This document shows positions 28,181 through 37,764 of a DNA stretch of 64,000 nucleotides, one piece after another. Every line of letters begins with the position of its first letter. Position 1 is the first letter of the stretch. Made by a program: the position numbers and the translations under genes. The DNA lies in NCBI GenBank assembly GCA_002402995.1, contig DHGX01000004.1, positions 246,019 to 310,018 on the forward strand, read 5' to 3'. This DNA is from Patescibacteria group bacterium UBA4787. GTDB taxonomy: Bacteria; Patescibacteriota; Patescibacteriia; UBA2591; UBA4787. The notes below the pieces were generated by a model, which did no database searches, had not been told where the DNA came from, and saw only the letters and a program-made list of their open reading frames with translations.

Positions 28181-28224
28181 AAATTAGAAAGTAGAAAATA
28201 GTAAACAGAAAGTAGAAAGTAGAA

Positions 28225-29079
28225 TTAAAAAATTATCATCGAATTGTAAATTTTTAACCAGTCAGCCAGCAATAAATCTTCCGCTCTAATCTGTTTATCA
28301 ATCTTAATTTCTTCAAAGACTTTTTCCCAAACGGCTCTTCTTTCGTCTTTATTCTCCACCTTTATTATATCATACGCAACCAAATTGTTAAGCAAAAATT
28401 TCCGGGGCGAAGAGAAACCATTTTTTATCAAATTGAATAATTCCTTTTCAATTATCTGTTCTGAAAAAATTCTCCTAGAAATAATTTTAACTATGGCAGA
28501 GTCTACCTTCGGGCTCGGAATAAAATTACCAGACGGAACCTTCAAAATAAATTTTGACTCTCCATAAAATTCGATAACATTAGATAAAATACTTCCCTTG
28601 TTATTTTTTCTGGTAATTCTTTCGGCCACTTCTTTTTGCATCATCAAAACAGCGAGACGCGGTAATAATTCTTTTGAAAAAAACCTTCTCAAAATTAATC
28701 CGGTGATTCGATAAGGAATGTTGGCAATTAATTTATAACTATAGATTGAATCGCCCAAAATTTTGTTTAAATCAACCTTAAGAATATCGCCTTGAATGAT
28801 TTTAATATTTTCGTAATCGCGGCATAATTTTTGGCAAATAGAAAATAGATCATTATCAAGCTCTACGGCGACAACCTGTTTAACCTTCTGCGCCAAAGCA
28901 CGAGTTAAAAAGCCAAAGCCCGGCCCAATTTCTAACACAACGTCGTTTGAATTTAAATCTGCTCCCTCGATAATTCTTTCTATAATATTCTCGTTAATCA
29001 AAAAATTCTGGCCGCGAAATTTATTCGGCTGAATTTTATACTTGGCAAGTATATTTTTAATTTCTATTGCCAAAGACAT
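28225..29079 (-). CDS. rsmA: 16S rRNA (adenine1518/1519-N6)-dimethyltransferase RsmA/KsgA
   Basis: 284 aa. RGQNFLINENIIERII; SAM-binding VLEIGPGFGFLTRAL; NIPY motif. Confidence 0.85.
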   Translation of the reverse strand: MSLAIEIKNILAKYKIQPNKFRGQNFLINENIIERIIEGADLNSNDVVLEIGPGFGFLTRALAQKVKQVVAVELDNDLFSICQKLCRDYENIKIIQGDILKVDLNKILGDSIYSYKLIANIPYRITGLILRRFFSKELLPRLAVLMMQKEVAERITRKNNKGSILSNVIEFYGESKFILKVPSGNFIPSPKVDSAIVKIISRRIFSEQIIEKELFNLIKNGFSSPRKFLLNNLVAYDIIKVENKDERRAVWEKVFEEIKIDKQIRAEDLLLADWLKIYNSMIIF

Positions 29080-29142
29080 AATTTAATTTTAAAACTTTGG
29101 GCTTATGGCTTAAAAATTAAAACGTAATTTTTTTCGAAATAT

Positions 29143-31611
29143 CTATAAAACAACGAAATTGATCAATCTTTTAGCTACAAAAACAACCTTAATTATCTTT
29201 TTGTTGTTAATAAAATTTTTAACCTTTTCGCTCTTTAAGGCCATTTCTTTTATTTCTTCCTCTGAAGCGCTGGTTGGCACTATAAAACGATCGCGCAATT
29301 TACCATTTATTTGCACAACATATTCAATCGTATCTAAATTAATAAAATTTTTGTCATAAGCCGGCCACGGCTGAACAAAGATTGATTCTTCGTCTTTTGC
29401 TCTCGGACGAATCAAATGCCAAATCTCTTCGGCGAGATGAGGCATAAAGGGCGCAACCAAAATAATAAAAGTCTTTGCGTTTTCCAAATCAAATTTTACT
29501 GCTTCGTCTTCAATAAAATTAAAATATTCCATAAAAGCGGCCACGGCGGTATTAAATTTAAAACCGCCTAAATCTTCGGTGATTTTCTTTATTAATTGAT
29601 GGGTTTTGGTTTCAACTTCTTTATCAACATCTAAATCATTGTTAATTTTATAATTTTTATAAAAATCATAAATTCTAATAATAAATCTGTTCATCCCTTC
29701 TATCGCCTTAGTGTTCCACGCCACGGGCTGATCGTAAGGACCCATAAACATTTCGTAAATCCTTAAAACATCCGCGCCGTATTTTTCTACAATCTCGTCC
29801 GGATTAACCACATTGCCAATTGACTTTGACATTTTCTCTCCGCCTTCACCCAGAACCATACCATGACTGCGACGCTTGGCATACGGTTCGTCGGAAGGAA
29901 CTAGCCCTTGGTCATATAAAAATTTATACCAAAAACGCGAATAAAGCAGATGTAGGGTGGTATGCTCCATGCCGCCGTTATAAATATCAACCGGCAGCCA
30001 ATATTTCATTTTTTCCGCGTCGGCGAAAGCTTGATTATTTTGGGGGTCGCAATACCTGATAAAATACCAAGAAGAACCAGCCCAATTAGGCATGGTATCT
30101 GTCTCACGCCGGCCAATACTTCCGCATTTCGGACATTTGACTTTTAGCCAGCGTTCACATTGGGCTAAGGGCGATTCGCCTGTTCCTGTTGGCTGATATT
30201 TTTTAACATAAGGAAGTTCTACTGGCAAATCTTTTTCCGGCACAGGCACTATTCCGCATTTCGGACAATGAATAATCGGAATAGGCTCTCCCCAATAATG
30301 CTGACGAGAAAAAATCCAATCTCGCAATTTATAATTTATTTGCAGACCGCCAATTTTTCTTTCAGTTAGCCAATATGTAATTTTTTTAATGGCTTCTTCC
30401 GAACTCAAGCCCGTAAAATCTCCAGAATTAATCAGAACTCCTTTTTCTTCAAACGCCTCCAATAATTCTCCGCTGGATCCGCGCTCAGCGCCTTGGTGAT
30501 CTGAAACAGGCTTAATGACTTCAACTATAGGCACGTCATATTCTTGGGCAAAATCAAAATCTCTTTGATCGTGAGCAGGCACTACCATAACCGAACCTCC
30601 ACCATAAGTAGCGACAACATAATCACCCATCCAAAGAGAAATCTCTTGGTTGTTAAAAGGATTAATAACTTTAACGCCTTTTAATTCCACCCCTGTTTTT
30701 CCTTTAGCTAAATCAGCGCGCTCCAAGTCTGATTTTCTTCGCGACTGTTCAATATAATTTTCTACCTCTTGCCAATTTTTAATTTGAGATTTCAATTTTT
30801 CAACTAACGAATGTTCTGGAGCCAAAACCACGGCAGTCACACCGAAAATTGTGTCCACTCGGGTAGTAAAAACTTCGATGCCTAAATCCGAATTTTTAAT
30901 TTTAAACTTTAGATTAGTGCCGTAACTTTTGCCGATCCAATTGATTTGTTGGATTTTAATTTTTTCTAAATAATCAACATGATTTAAATCTTCAATCAAG
31001 CGATCAGCGTATTTAGTAATTCTAAGCATCCATTGTTTGATTCTCCTTTTTTCGGTTTCTGCGCCACAGCGCTCGCATTTGCCTTGAATAACTTCTTCGT
31101 TAGCCAGGCCAATCTTACAACTCGGACACCAATTAATGGGCATCTCCGCCTGATACGCAAGACCGGCCTTAAAAAGTTGTAAAAATATCCACTGCGTCCA
31201 TTTATAATATTTAGGATCTGTGGTATTAATTTCTTTCGACCAATCGAAAGAAACACCGAGCGATTTTATTTGTCGTTTAAAAATCTTAATGTTTCGCTCG
31301 GTAATCTTGGCAGGATGAATCCCTTTTTTAATAGCATAATTTTCAGTCGGCAAACCAAAAGCGTCCCAACCAATAGGATATAAGACGTTATATCCCTCCA
31401 TTCTTTTTTTTCGCGAAATAATATCAATGGCCGTATAACTGCGCACATGGCCAACATGAAGGCCGTCGCCAGATGGATATGGAAATTCAATTAGAATATA
31501 TTGTTTCGGTTTCAATGAAAAATCTTCAGCCTCAAAAAGTCTGGTTTTTTCCCAAATTTTCTGCCACTTCTTTTCAATTCCCCGAAAAGGATATTTATAT
31601 TGTTTTGCCAT
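29143..31611 (-). CDS. leuS: Leucine--tRNA ligase
   Basis: 822 aa. Class I HIGH (GDGLHVGHVRSY) and KMSKS (KMSKSIGNVV). LeuRS-specific editing and zinc (CPKCG) regions. Confidence 0.95.
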   Translation of the reverse strand: MAKQYKYPFRGIEKKWQKIWEKTRLFEAEDFSLKPKQYILIEFPYPSGDGLHVGHVRSYTAIDIISRKKRMEGYNVLYPIGWDAFGLPTENYAIKKGIHPAKITERNIKIFKRQIKSLGVSFDWSKEINTTDPKYYKWTQWIFLQLFKAGLAYQAEMPINWCPSCKIGLANEEVIQGKCERCGAETEKRRIKQWMLRITKYADRLIEDLNHVDYLEKIKIQQINWIGKSYGTNLKFKIKNSDLGIEVFTTRVDTIFGVTAVVLAPEHSLVEKLKSQIKNWQEVENYIEQSRRKSDLERADLAKGKTGVELKGVKVINPFNNQEISLWMGDYVVATYGGGSVMVVPAHDQRDFDFAQEYDVPIVEVIKPVSDHQGAERGSSGELLEAFEEKGVLINSGDFTGLSSEEAIKKITYWLTERKIGGLQINYKLRDWIFSRQHYWGEPIPIIHCPKCGIVPVPEKDLPVELPYVKKYQPTGTGESPLAQCERWLKVKCPKCGSIGRRETDTMPNWAGSSWYFIRYCDPQNNQAFADAEKMKYWLPVDIYNGGMEHTTLHLLYSRFWYKFLYDQGLVPSDEPYAKRRSHGMVLGEGGEKMSKSIGNVVNPDEIVEKYGADVLRIYEMFMGPYDQPVAWNTKAIEGMNRFIIRIYDFYKNYKINNDLDVDKEVETKTHQLIKKITEDLGGFKFNTAVAAFMEYFNFIEDEAVKFDLENAKTFIILVAPFMPHLAEEIWHLIRPRAKDEESIFVQPWPAYDKNFINLDTIEYVVQINGKLRDRFIVPTSASEEEIKEMALKSEKVKNFINNKKIIKVVFVAKRLINFVVL

Positions 31612-31697
31612 ACCGGGTAGATTTTACCTACTTAATTTAACGCCTTTTTGACCAATTAAACCTGTCATTAAGATTAAGTATACCATATTCCTTGTGG

Positions 31698-31726
31698 TTG
31701 ACAAGCTTAAAAATATGTGCTAGTAT
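31698..31726 (+). promoter_or_regulatory. Candidate sigma70-type promoter (TTGACA, 17 nt spacer, TAGTAT) for the LysM/CHAP gene
   Basis: ttgaca at 31698-31703 and tagtat(aaa) at 31721-31726, about 65 nt upstream of the ATG at 31791 or 31824. Confidence 0.4.
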
Positions 31727-31790
31727 AAAAATATCAAAATTTATTGCGTTTTATTTAAGCTTTTTACTAATTTAGCGTTTTAAATTCTCT

Positions 31791-33092
31791 TTGTTCGATT
31801 ATCGACGTATAGCAATAAAGATTATGGATATTAATAACGCCCAAAAACAGTCTATTGACGGCATTAACTCGCCTATTCATAAAAAAAATAAAATCAGAAT
31901 TAATCTCCTCAAAATTTGGGGTGGTATTCGTTCGTTTTTAATATATTCATCAGGGCCTATTCTTGTCGCTGTATTTAAAACCGTCAAATATTTAAAAGCG
32001 CAGACTCGTTTAATAAACTTCCAAGAAATATTCGCTGTTTTAAATAAAAAACAATTAATTTGGGTGGTTGTTTTAGCTATTACGTTTATATCATTTAGCG
32101 AAAATATCAATTCAAGCTCATTCGAGCAGAATAAGAACATCTTCCCCATTTTAATGTTGATTAAAAGCAATAAAATAGAAAATAAAATTATAACCGTAGA
32201 AGAAAAGATCGCCTATGTCGACGAAAAAACCACGGACAACCTGTCATACTTCAAAATAGCCGCTGCCTTAGATACCAATATTCCTGTTGTAAAAACCCCT
32301 GATAATAATACTACGGCCATGGGCGGCAGCGCGCTTATTAATCCAGACGCCCAAGACTATGAAGATGGTTATTCGGCGATGCGCGCCAATATTGAAAATT
32401 ATACTGTTCAACCCGGTGATACAATAAGTTCAATCGCCGAAAAATTTGAAATCACTCCAAAAACAATTACTTGGGAAAATAAATTATCTCTTAACGCGCC
32501 GTTGAAAGTCGGGAAAGAGTTAATAATTCTACCTATTAGCGGCGTCACGCATAAAGTAAAAAGCGGAGACAATGTATCTAAGATCGCCAAACTTTATCGA
32601 GCTAATCCAGAAGATATTATGGATTTTAATGATTTGGGCGGCGAATCAGATATTTTTGCCGGAGATATTTTAATCATTCCCGAAGGAACGCCACCGCCAC
32701 CGCCAGCCCCAATACCGACAGTTAAAAAATATGCCGACAAAACAGAGACCTTAAATACCAAAGACCTATCCAAGCCAGAAGGAAACAACTGCCATATTTT
32801 CGTTCCCGGCCAATGCACTTGGTATGTTGCTAAAAAAAGATGTGTTCCGTGGACAGGTCACGCTAAGTCTTGGCTATCCAACGCAAAAGCGCTTGGGTTC
32901 TCAACCGGCAAAACGCCGGCCTTGGGCGCGATAATTAACCTAAAAGAATCCTGGTATGGTCACGTTGGTTATGTAGAAGCCTTTGATGATCAAACAGTCA
33001 CTTTCTCCGAGATGAATCATCTTGGCCCGTGGAAAGCTTCTCGCCGCACCATTTCTTTGACAGATAAAAGAATTACAGGATATATTTATTAA
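31791..33092 (+). CDS. Secreted peptidoglycan hydrolase with 2 LysM domains and a C-terminal CHAP (Cys/His amidohydrolase/peptidase) domain
   Basis: 433 aa (alternative start at 31824). LysM: YTVQPGDTISSIAEKFEITPKTI and HKVKSGDNVSKIAKLYRANPEDI. CHAP: CHIFVPGQCTWYVAKKR...WYGHVGYVE. TM near the N-terminus. Confidence 0.75.
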   Translation: MFDYRRIAIKIMDINNAQKQSIDGINSPIHKKNKIRINLLKIWGGIRSFLIYSSGPILVAVFKTVKYLKAQTRLINFQEIFAVLNKKQLIWVVVLAITFISFSENINSSSFEQNKNIFPILMLIKSNKIENKIITVEEKIAYVDEKTTDNLSYFKIAAALDTNIPVVKTPDNNTTAMGGSALINPDAQDYEDGYSAMRANIENYTVQPGDTISSIAEKFEITPKTITWENKLSLNAPLKVGKELIILPISGVTHKVKSGDNVSKIAKLYRANPEDIMDFNDLGGESDIFAGDILIIPEGTPPPPPAPIPTVKKYADKTETLNTKDLSKPEGNNCHIFVPGQCTWYVAKKRCVPWTGHAKSWLSNAKALGFSTGKTPALGAIINLKESWYGHVGYVEAFDDQTVTFSEMNHLGPWKASRRTISLTDKRITGYIY

Positions 33093-33458
33093 AAACAGAA
33101 AATAGTAAGTAGAAAGTAGTCCCGATTAGTACAAAAACTAAAAGTTTTTGTTTACTAATCGAGGATCCACGATTTTGGAGCCATCGCAAAGCGATGGACA
33201 AAATCGGGAAAAATAGAATTAAAACAAAAAACAAAAACAAGAAAGTAGAATTTAGAATAAGACAAAATAAAAAAAGCGCCTAAAAACGCTTTTTATTTAT
33301 TAAAAATTATTAGCCTAATTTAGTTTTATTTCAAATTATTAACTATTCTGATGTTCTTGAGAACTTGAGAATAACATTTCAAATTTATTAATAAATCCGA
33401 AAAAACAAAAAACGCCCACAGAAGAGCGCTTTTATTTTTTTATATTATTCTATTTTCT

Positions 33459-33503
33459 CCCGCCAGCTCGCCACGCTTACGCGTTGGCGTAGCGGGCCGG
33501 CGG
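33459..33503. repeat. GC-rich imperfect palindrome cccgccagctcgccacgcttacgcgttggcgtagcgggccggcgg (same family as 42561-42633 and 40307-40369)
   Basis: A roughly 45-nt island of about 75% GC in an AT-rich intergenic region downstream of rplU. The outer arms ccgccagc and gccggcgg and the inner arms cgccacgc and gcgtagcg are self-complementary around a central acgcgt. Confidence 0.5.
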
Positions 33504-33533
33504 ATAGGTTAATTGGGTCAATCCTGTTTATTA

Positions 33534-33842
33534 TTAACTTATTTTTATAATTTTAATTTTTGTGCAAGGTTGGCGATGGCCGGTTTTTTTATGATATCTT
33601 ATTTTCGGTTTATATTTAACGACGTAAATCTTTTTGCCCAAACCCTGTTCAACTATTTCCGCCTCAACTTTCGCGTTATCAACCAAGGGCGTACCGATTT
33701 TTACCTCTTTATCGTCGGCTAATAATAAAATGTTATCAAAAATAATTTTTTCGCCTTTTTCGCCGTCGATTTTTTCTGCGCGCAAAGTATCACCCTCTTT
33801 GACCTTGTACTGTTTTCCGCCTGTTTTTATAACTGCCAACAT
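33534..33842 (-). CDS. rplU: 50S ribosomal protein L21
   Basis: 102 aa. MLAVIKTGGKQYKVKEGD...KKTGHRQPCTKIKI. Confidence 0.9.
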   Translation of the reverse strand: MLAVIKTGGKQYKVKEGDTLRAEKIDGEKGEKIIFDNILLLADDKEVKIGTPLVDNAKVEAEIVEQGLGKKIYVVKYKPKIRYHKKTGHRQPCTKIKIIKIS

Positions 33843-33873
33843 ATGTTTAAAATTTAAAATTATGGATTAAATT

Positions 33874-33902
33874 ATATTACTAAAATCCCAAAAACTTGTC
33901 AA
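33874..33902 (-). promoter_or_regulatory. Candidate promoter for rplU (TTGACA, 17 nt spacer, TAATAT on the minus strand)
   Basis: The minus strand reads ttgacaagtttttgggattttagtaatataat, about 30 nt upstream of the rplU ATG at 33842. Confidence 0.45.
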
Positions 33903-34133
33903 TAAATATGTTAATAAATTCAAAAATTAAAAGGCAGAAATCAAAAGGATAATCTAAAATTATCAATTTGCTGAAATAATTTCCAAACGTCGAAACTTAA
34001 GATTCAAAAATTTTTCCTCCCTGCCCGCCCAAATTTTAAATAATATTTCTATTAAAATAAAAACAGATCTGGATATTTATATAAACATGCTATGAAGTTT
34101 ATTTAAAGACTGTCGTCTAAAATTTAGGCGGGG

Positions 34134-34162
34134 TTGACAAAATGCCACTTTAGAGCTAATCT
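34134..34162 (+). promoter_or_regulatory. Candidate promoter (TTGACA, 17 nt spacer, TAATCT) for the M16 peptidase gene, followed by an SD sequence AAAGGAAG
   Basis: ttgaca at 34134-34139. The -10-like element is at 34157-34162. The RBS aaaggaag precedes the ATG at 34243. Confidence 0.35.
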
Positions 34163-34242
34163 TAATATTAAGAAAATCAATTAGTACTTTAAAAACTTAA
34201 AAAATAAATCTGCCGATTGGCAGAGAAAGGAAGAGTCAGACA

Positions 34243-35484
34243 ATGATCGAAATCAAAAGGAGCGTTCTGACAAATGGCTTAACCGTACTCACACGCGAAA
34301 TGCCGTGGGTTCACAGTGTTTATTTACTGATCGGCGTTAGATACGGTTCAGCCCTGGATCCAATTGGGTTCGAAGGCATAGCTCATTTCATCGAACATAC
34401 ACTTTTCAAGGGAACAGCTAACCGATCATACGAACAAATCATGGCAACTATCGAAGACCGGGGCGGCATACTCAATGCATCTACTGATGAAGAATCAACC
34501 TGTTATGTGGTAAAGGTTATGGACTCCGACCTGTCGATAGCTTGGGATGTTCTTTCTGATATGGTTATACATCCGATATTTCCCGAAAACGAGATTGAGA
34601 AAGAAAAGGGCCCCATTATTGAAGAGATTAAATCTTACGCAGACGACGACAACGACATAATGGAATTAGGTCTCGATTCGATCATGTTTCCGGACGCCTC
34701 GTTCAGCCGAGAGATATGCGGATCCGAAGAAACCGTTTCTCGAATAAAACGCGAAGATCTGGCGCGAATTTGGCGAAAATTCTATCAACCCAATAATATG
34801 ATAGTGGTAGCCGTCGGCAACATCAGACACGAAACCAACCTGGAGTTTGCCAACGAGAAATTTGGGCAACTATCCAGCCAAGAAATCACTGGCGATGAAA
34901 TTGTATCAGCCGAAACCGACTCAAATAAAAAAGAAGTTATAGTTTTCAAACCGAAGATTCGTCAAGCTAAAATAATGATCGGTTTTAAAACTATGCCCTA
35001 CGGCACCAATCAGCGCGACGCTTTAGCTCTAGATCTTCTGGCTAATATTTTTGGGGGGGGTATGAGCTCGGTGTTTTTTACCGAGATCAGGAGTAAAAGG
35101 GGCTTGGTTTACGGAGTCGGAGCATCGCACGCCCAAAACAAATTCGCCGGACGGTTTCTAATCTTCAGCCAATTTGCGCCCAAGAAAAAAGAACAAATCA
35201 TCAAGCTCGTCAATGAAATCCTGACCGATATTGACGATTACATCACTGACGAGAGATTCAATAGGGCGATAGCAGTCGAACGAGCCATATATATATTCAA
35301 GCTAGAAAATAATAGCTCTATAGCTAACAATATTTTCAGCAACGAGATCTGCGACTCGCTTAACCAATTAAGTGATTTTTGCGAGGTCATCGGATCAATT
35401 ACGATAGATGACCTGCGCCGCGTGGCCAAGGAGTATCTAAACCCGTCGAAAGCATTCACCTCTTCAGTTGAACCGGAGAAATAA
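34243..35484 (+). CDS. M16 family zinc peptidase (insulinase/pitrilysin-like)
   Basis: 413 aa. Inverted zinc-binding motif HFIEHTLFKGT (HxxEH). A downstream E, and the characteristic YGxxxA region. Confidence 0.75.
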   Translation: MIEIKRSVLTNGLTVLTREMPWVHSVYLLIGVRYGSALDPIGFEGIAHFIEHTLFKGTANRSYEQIMATIEDRGGILNASTDEESTCYVVKVMDSDLSIAWDVLSDMVIHPIFPENEIEKEKGPIIEEIKSYADDDNDIMELGLDSIMFPDASFSREICGSEETVSRIKREDLARIWRKFYQPNNMIVVAVGNIRHETNLEFANEKFGQLSSQEITGDEIVSAETDSNKKEVIVFKPKIRQAKIMIGFKTMPYGTNQRDALALDLLANIFGGGMSSVFFTEIRSKRGLVYGVGASHAQNKFAGRFLIFSQFAPKKKEQIIKLVNEILTDIDDYITDERFNRAIAVERAIYIFKLENNSSIANNIFSNEICDSLNQLSDFCEVIGSITIDDLRRVAKEYLNPSKAFTSSVEPEK

Positions 35485-35504
35485 AGGGTATTAAACTTCA
35501 AAAA

Positions 35505-35536
35505 TAAACCCGTTGAAAAAATCAACGGGTTTTTAA
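35505..35536. terminator. Bidirectional rho-independent terminator between the M16 peptidase gene (+) and rnhA (-)
   Basis: aaacccgttgaaaaaatcaacgggttttt forms a 9-bp stem (acccgttga / tcaacgggt) flanked by A-run and T-run. Confidence 0.65.
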
Positions 35537-35553
35537 ATTAAAAAATCTTTATT

Positions 35554-35961
35554 CTATCCTTTTAAATTTTCGTCTATGATCTTGTTAACCAGCTCGTCTG
35601 CCAAAACATTTTTCTCGCGCGGGATATGCTGATAAGATATTTTTTTAAATTGGCTGGCTAAATTCCAAACTTTTAAAAATAATTTTGATAATTCTAAGTC
35701 TTTTACTTTATAATCCCTGTTCATCTGACAAACCACCAGCTCGCTGTCCATTAAAACTTGAATTTCTTTAATCCCCAATTCAAGCGCCTTTTTTAATCCC
35801 AAAATCAATGCTTCGTATTCGGCTTCGTTGTTCGTTCTTTCGCCCAAGTATTTTTTACCCATGGCGATAGTCTTTCCTTTTTCATCCTGAATAACAAAAC
35901 CCGCCCCAGCTGGTCCGGGATTGTTTCTTGCGCCACCATCTGTATATAAAATAAATTCCAT
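35554..35961 (-). CDS. rnhA: Ribonuclease HI
   Basis: 135 aa. YTDGGARNNPGPAGAGFV...NNEAEYEALILGL...D motifs of RNase H. Confidence 0.85.
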   Translation of the reverse strand: MEFILYTDGGARNNPGPAGAGFVIQDEKGKTIAMGKKYLGERTNNEAEYEALILGLKKALELGIKEIQVLMDSELVVCQMNRDYKVKDLELSKLFLKVWNLASQFKKISYQHIPREKNVLADELVNKIIDENLKG

Positions 35962-35987
35962 AAAATAATAGTTTCTAATGAAGTTTA

Positions 35988-37694
35988 TTATTCATTAAAA
36001 GAAAAATCTATAACCTTCATCTGCAGTTCTTGGTTGCCGTTCCATTGATTAACCATTAAATGGAAAGCTAGATCGATTTTATCGCCCACCCTCAAGTCTT
36101 TGCCACCGTTAGCCAAGCCGTTGAAGAAGATAAATTTTTTCCCTTCTTTACTCACAATTCTTAAATGATTATTCTGCTGACCGACCCATTGTAAATCTCC
36201 AACCTCTAAATTATTAACCAAAAATAAAGGGCGTTTATTGTCTCGGCCGAAAGGCGCAAATTTTTGTATATCTTCGTAAGTCTCCCATGTTATATCAGGC
36301 AAGGATAACTCTGTCTCAATAAATATTTTATTAGTAAAATCCGTTTCCGCGAGTTTTTGATTAGCCAACACACGAATTTGCGCGACAAAATCGTTCACAT
36401 CTTTTTTGTTCTTCGCTTCGAAACCACAAGCGCCGGCATGACCACCAAAACGAATAAAATAATGTTCTAAAATTTTCAAATTCTCCACCAAGTTAAAATT
36501 TTCATTGCTTCGACCGGAACCAGCTATATCTTTATTCCTAATGGTCATTACTAAAACGGGTCTTTGATAAGTTTCCTGTAATTTACCAGCGATAAGGCCA
36601 ATCAACCCGACCGGCCAATTTTCCCCCATAGCAACAATGATTTTTTCTTGTAATTGATCGGGTATTTGTTTTTGGATAATCTCTTTATATATTTCTTCCA
36701 CTAATTTTTGTCTTTTGCCGTTAATTTGGTTCAGTTCAACAGAGACTTCTTCTGCTTTATCCGCATCATCGGTTAGAATTAAATCTAAAGCTGTTTTGGC
36801 ATGATAAAGTCTGCCCACGGCATTAAGTCTCGGACTTAAACAAAATTCTATATCGCCTGCTTCAATATCGCCCAAATTTAAACCGGCGCTTTTAATTAAT
36901 GCTCGCAGTCCCATGCGGCTGGTTTTATTCAAAACAACTAAGCCATATTTGACTAAAGTGCGATTTTCTCCTTTTAAAACCATACTGTCGGCAACTGTGC
37001 CGATAGCCACTAAATCTAAAAGCCATTTTTCAAAAGACTCCCAATTGTCCTGAGTTTGATTCTTTAATTTTTTAGCAAAAGCCTGCGCAACCTTGAAGGC
37101 TACGCCCACACCGGCTAAATTTTTAAAGGGATAATTATTTTCGCAATGTGGATTAATAATCGCCAAGGCGTCAGGCAATTTATCTTGTGACAAATGATGA
37201 TCTGTAACAATAACATCTAACCCTAATTCTTTGGCCAAATCAATTTGCGAAAAATTAGTAACACCGCAATCGCAAGTTACAATTAAACCGGCTCCGTTTT
37301 CTTTGATAGAACGCACTGCTTTCTCGTTTAGACCATAGCCTTCTTTTTCTCTATCTGGAATATAAACCTCAACATTTTGCAATCCGATTTTCTTAAAAAG
37401 ATTCCACAAAACGGCGCTGGCGGTAATGCCGTCAGCGTCATAATCGCCGTAAATAAAAACCTTCTCCTGTTTTTCTTTGGCCAATAAAATCCTTTCTATC
37501 AACCTGTCCATATCTTTGAATAAGAATGGATCGTGAAGGTCTTGAGAATAATCGGGCAATAAAAACTCATCAACAGAACGCTGATCTGTTAAGCCACGAT
37601 TAAACAATAACTGCAAAATAAATGGATTTAATTCGGGAAAAAGAGAAATTAAAGATTTCTCGATTTTAGGCGCTAACTGCCAATTTTTTTTCAT
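35988..37694 (-). CDS. recJ: Single-stranded-DNA-specific exonuclease RecJ
   Basis: 568 aa. DHH phosphoesterase motifs (IYGDYDADGITASAVL; VTDHH). DHHA1 domain (GGHAGACG). C-terminal OB-like domain. Confidence 0.9.
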   Translation of the reverse strand: MKKNWQLAPKIEKSLISLFPELNPFILQLLFNRGLTDQRSVDEFLLPDYSQDLHDPFLFKDMDRLIERILLAKEKQEKVFIYGDYDADGITASAVLWNLFKKIGLQNVEVYIPDREKEGYGLNEKAVRSIKENGAGLIVTCDCGVTNFSQIDLAKELGLDVIVTDHHLSQDKLPDALAIINPHCENNYPFKNLAGVGVAFKVAQAFAKKLKNQTQDNWESFEKWLLDLVAIGTVADSMVLKGENRTLVKYGLVVLNKTSRMGLRALIKSAGLNLGDIEAGDIEFCLSPRLNAVGRLYHAKTALDLILTDDADKAEEVSVELNQINGKRQKLVEEIYKEIIQKQIPDQLQEKIIVAMGENWPVGLIGLIAGKLQETYQRPVLVMTIRNKDIAGSGRSNENFNLVENLKILEHYFIRFGGHAGACGFEAKNKKDVNDFVAQIRVLANQKLAETDFTNKIFIETELSLPDITWETYEDIQKFAPFGRDNKRPLFLVNNLEVGDLQWVGQQNNHLRIVSKEGKKFIFFNGLANGGKDLRVGDKIDLAFHLMVNQWNGNQELQMKVIDFSFNE

Positions 37695-37764
37695 TTATAT
37701 ATAAAAATGTTTAACAAGGAAGAAAATACTGAATTATTATATATCAATACGGCGTTTTTGGCAA

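Noticed and set aside
33400-33445. Possible rho-independent terminator downstream of rplU (aaaaacgcccacagaagagcgctttt).
   Set aside because: The putative stem arms are not actually complementary (gcgc/gggcg mismatch). It is only an A/T-flanked GC patch.
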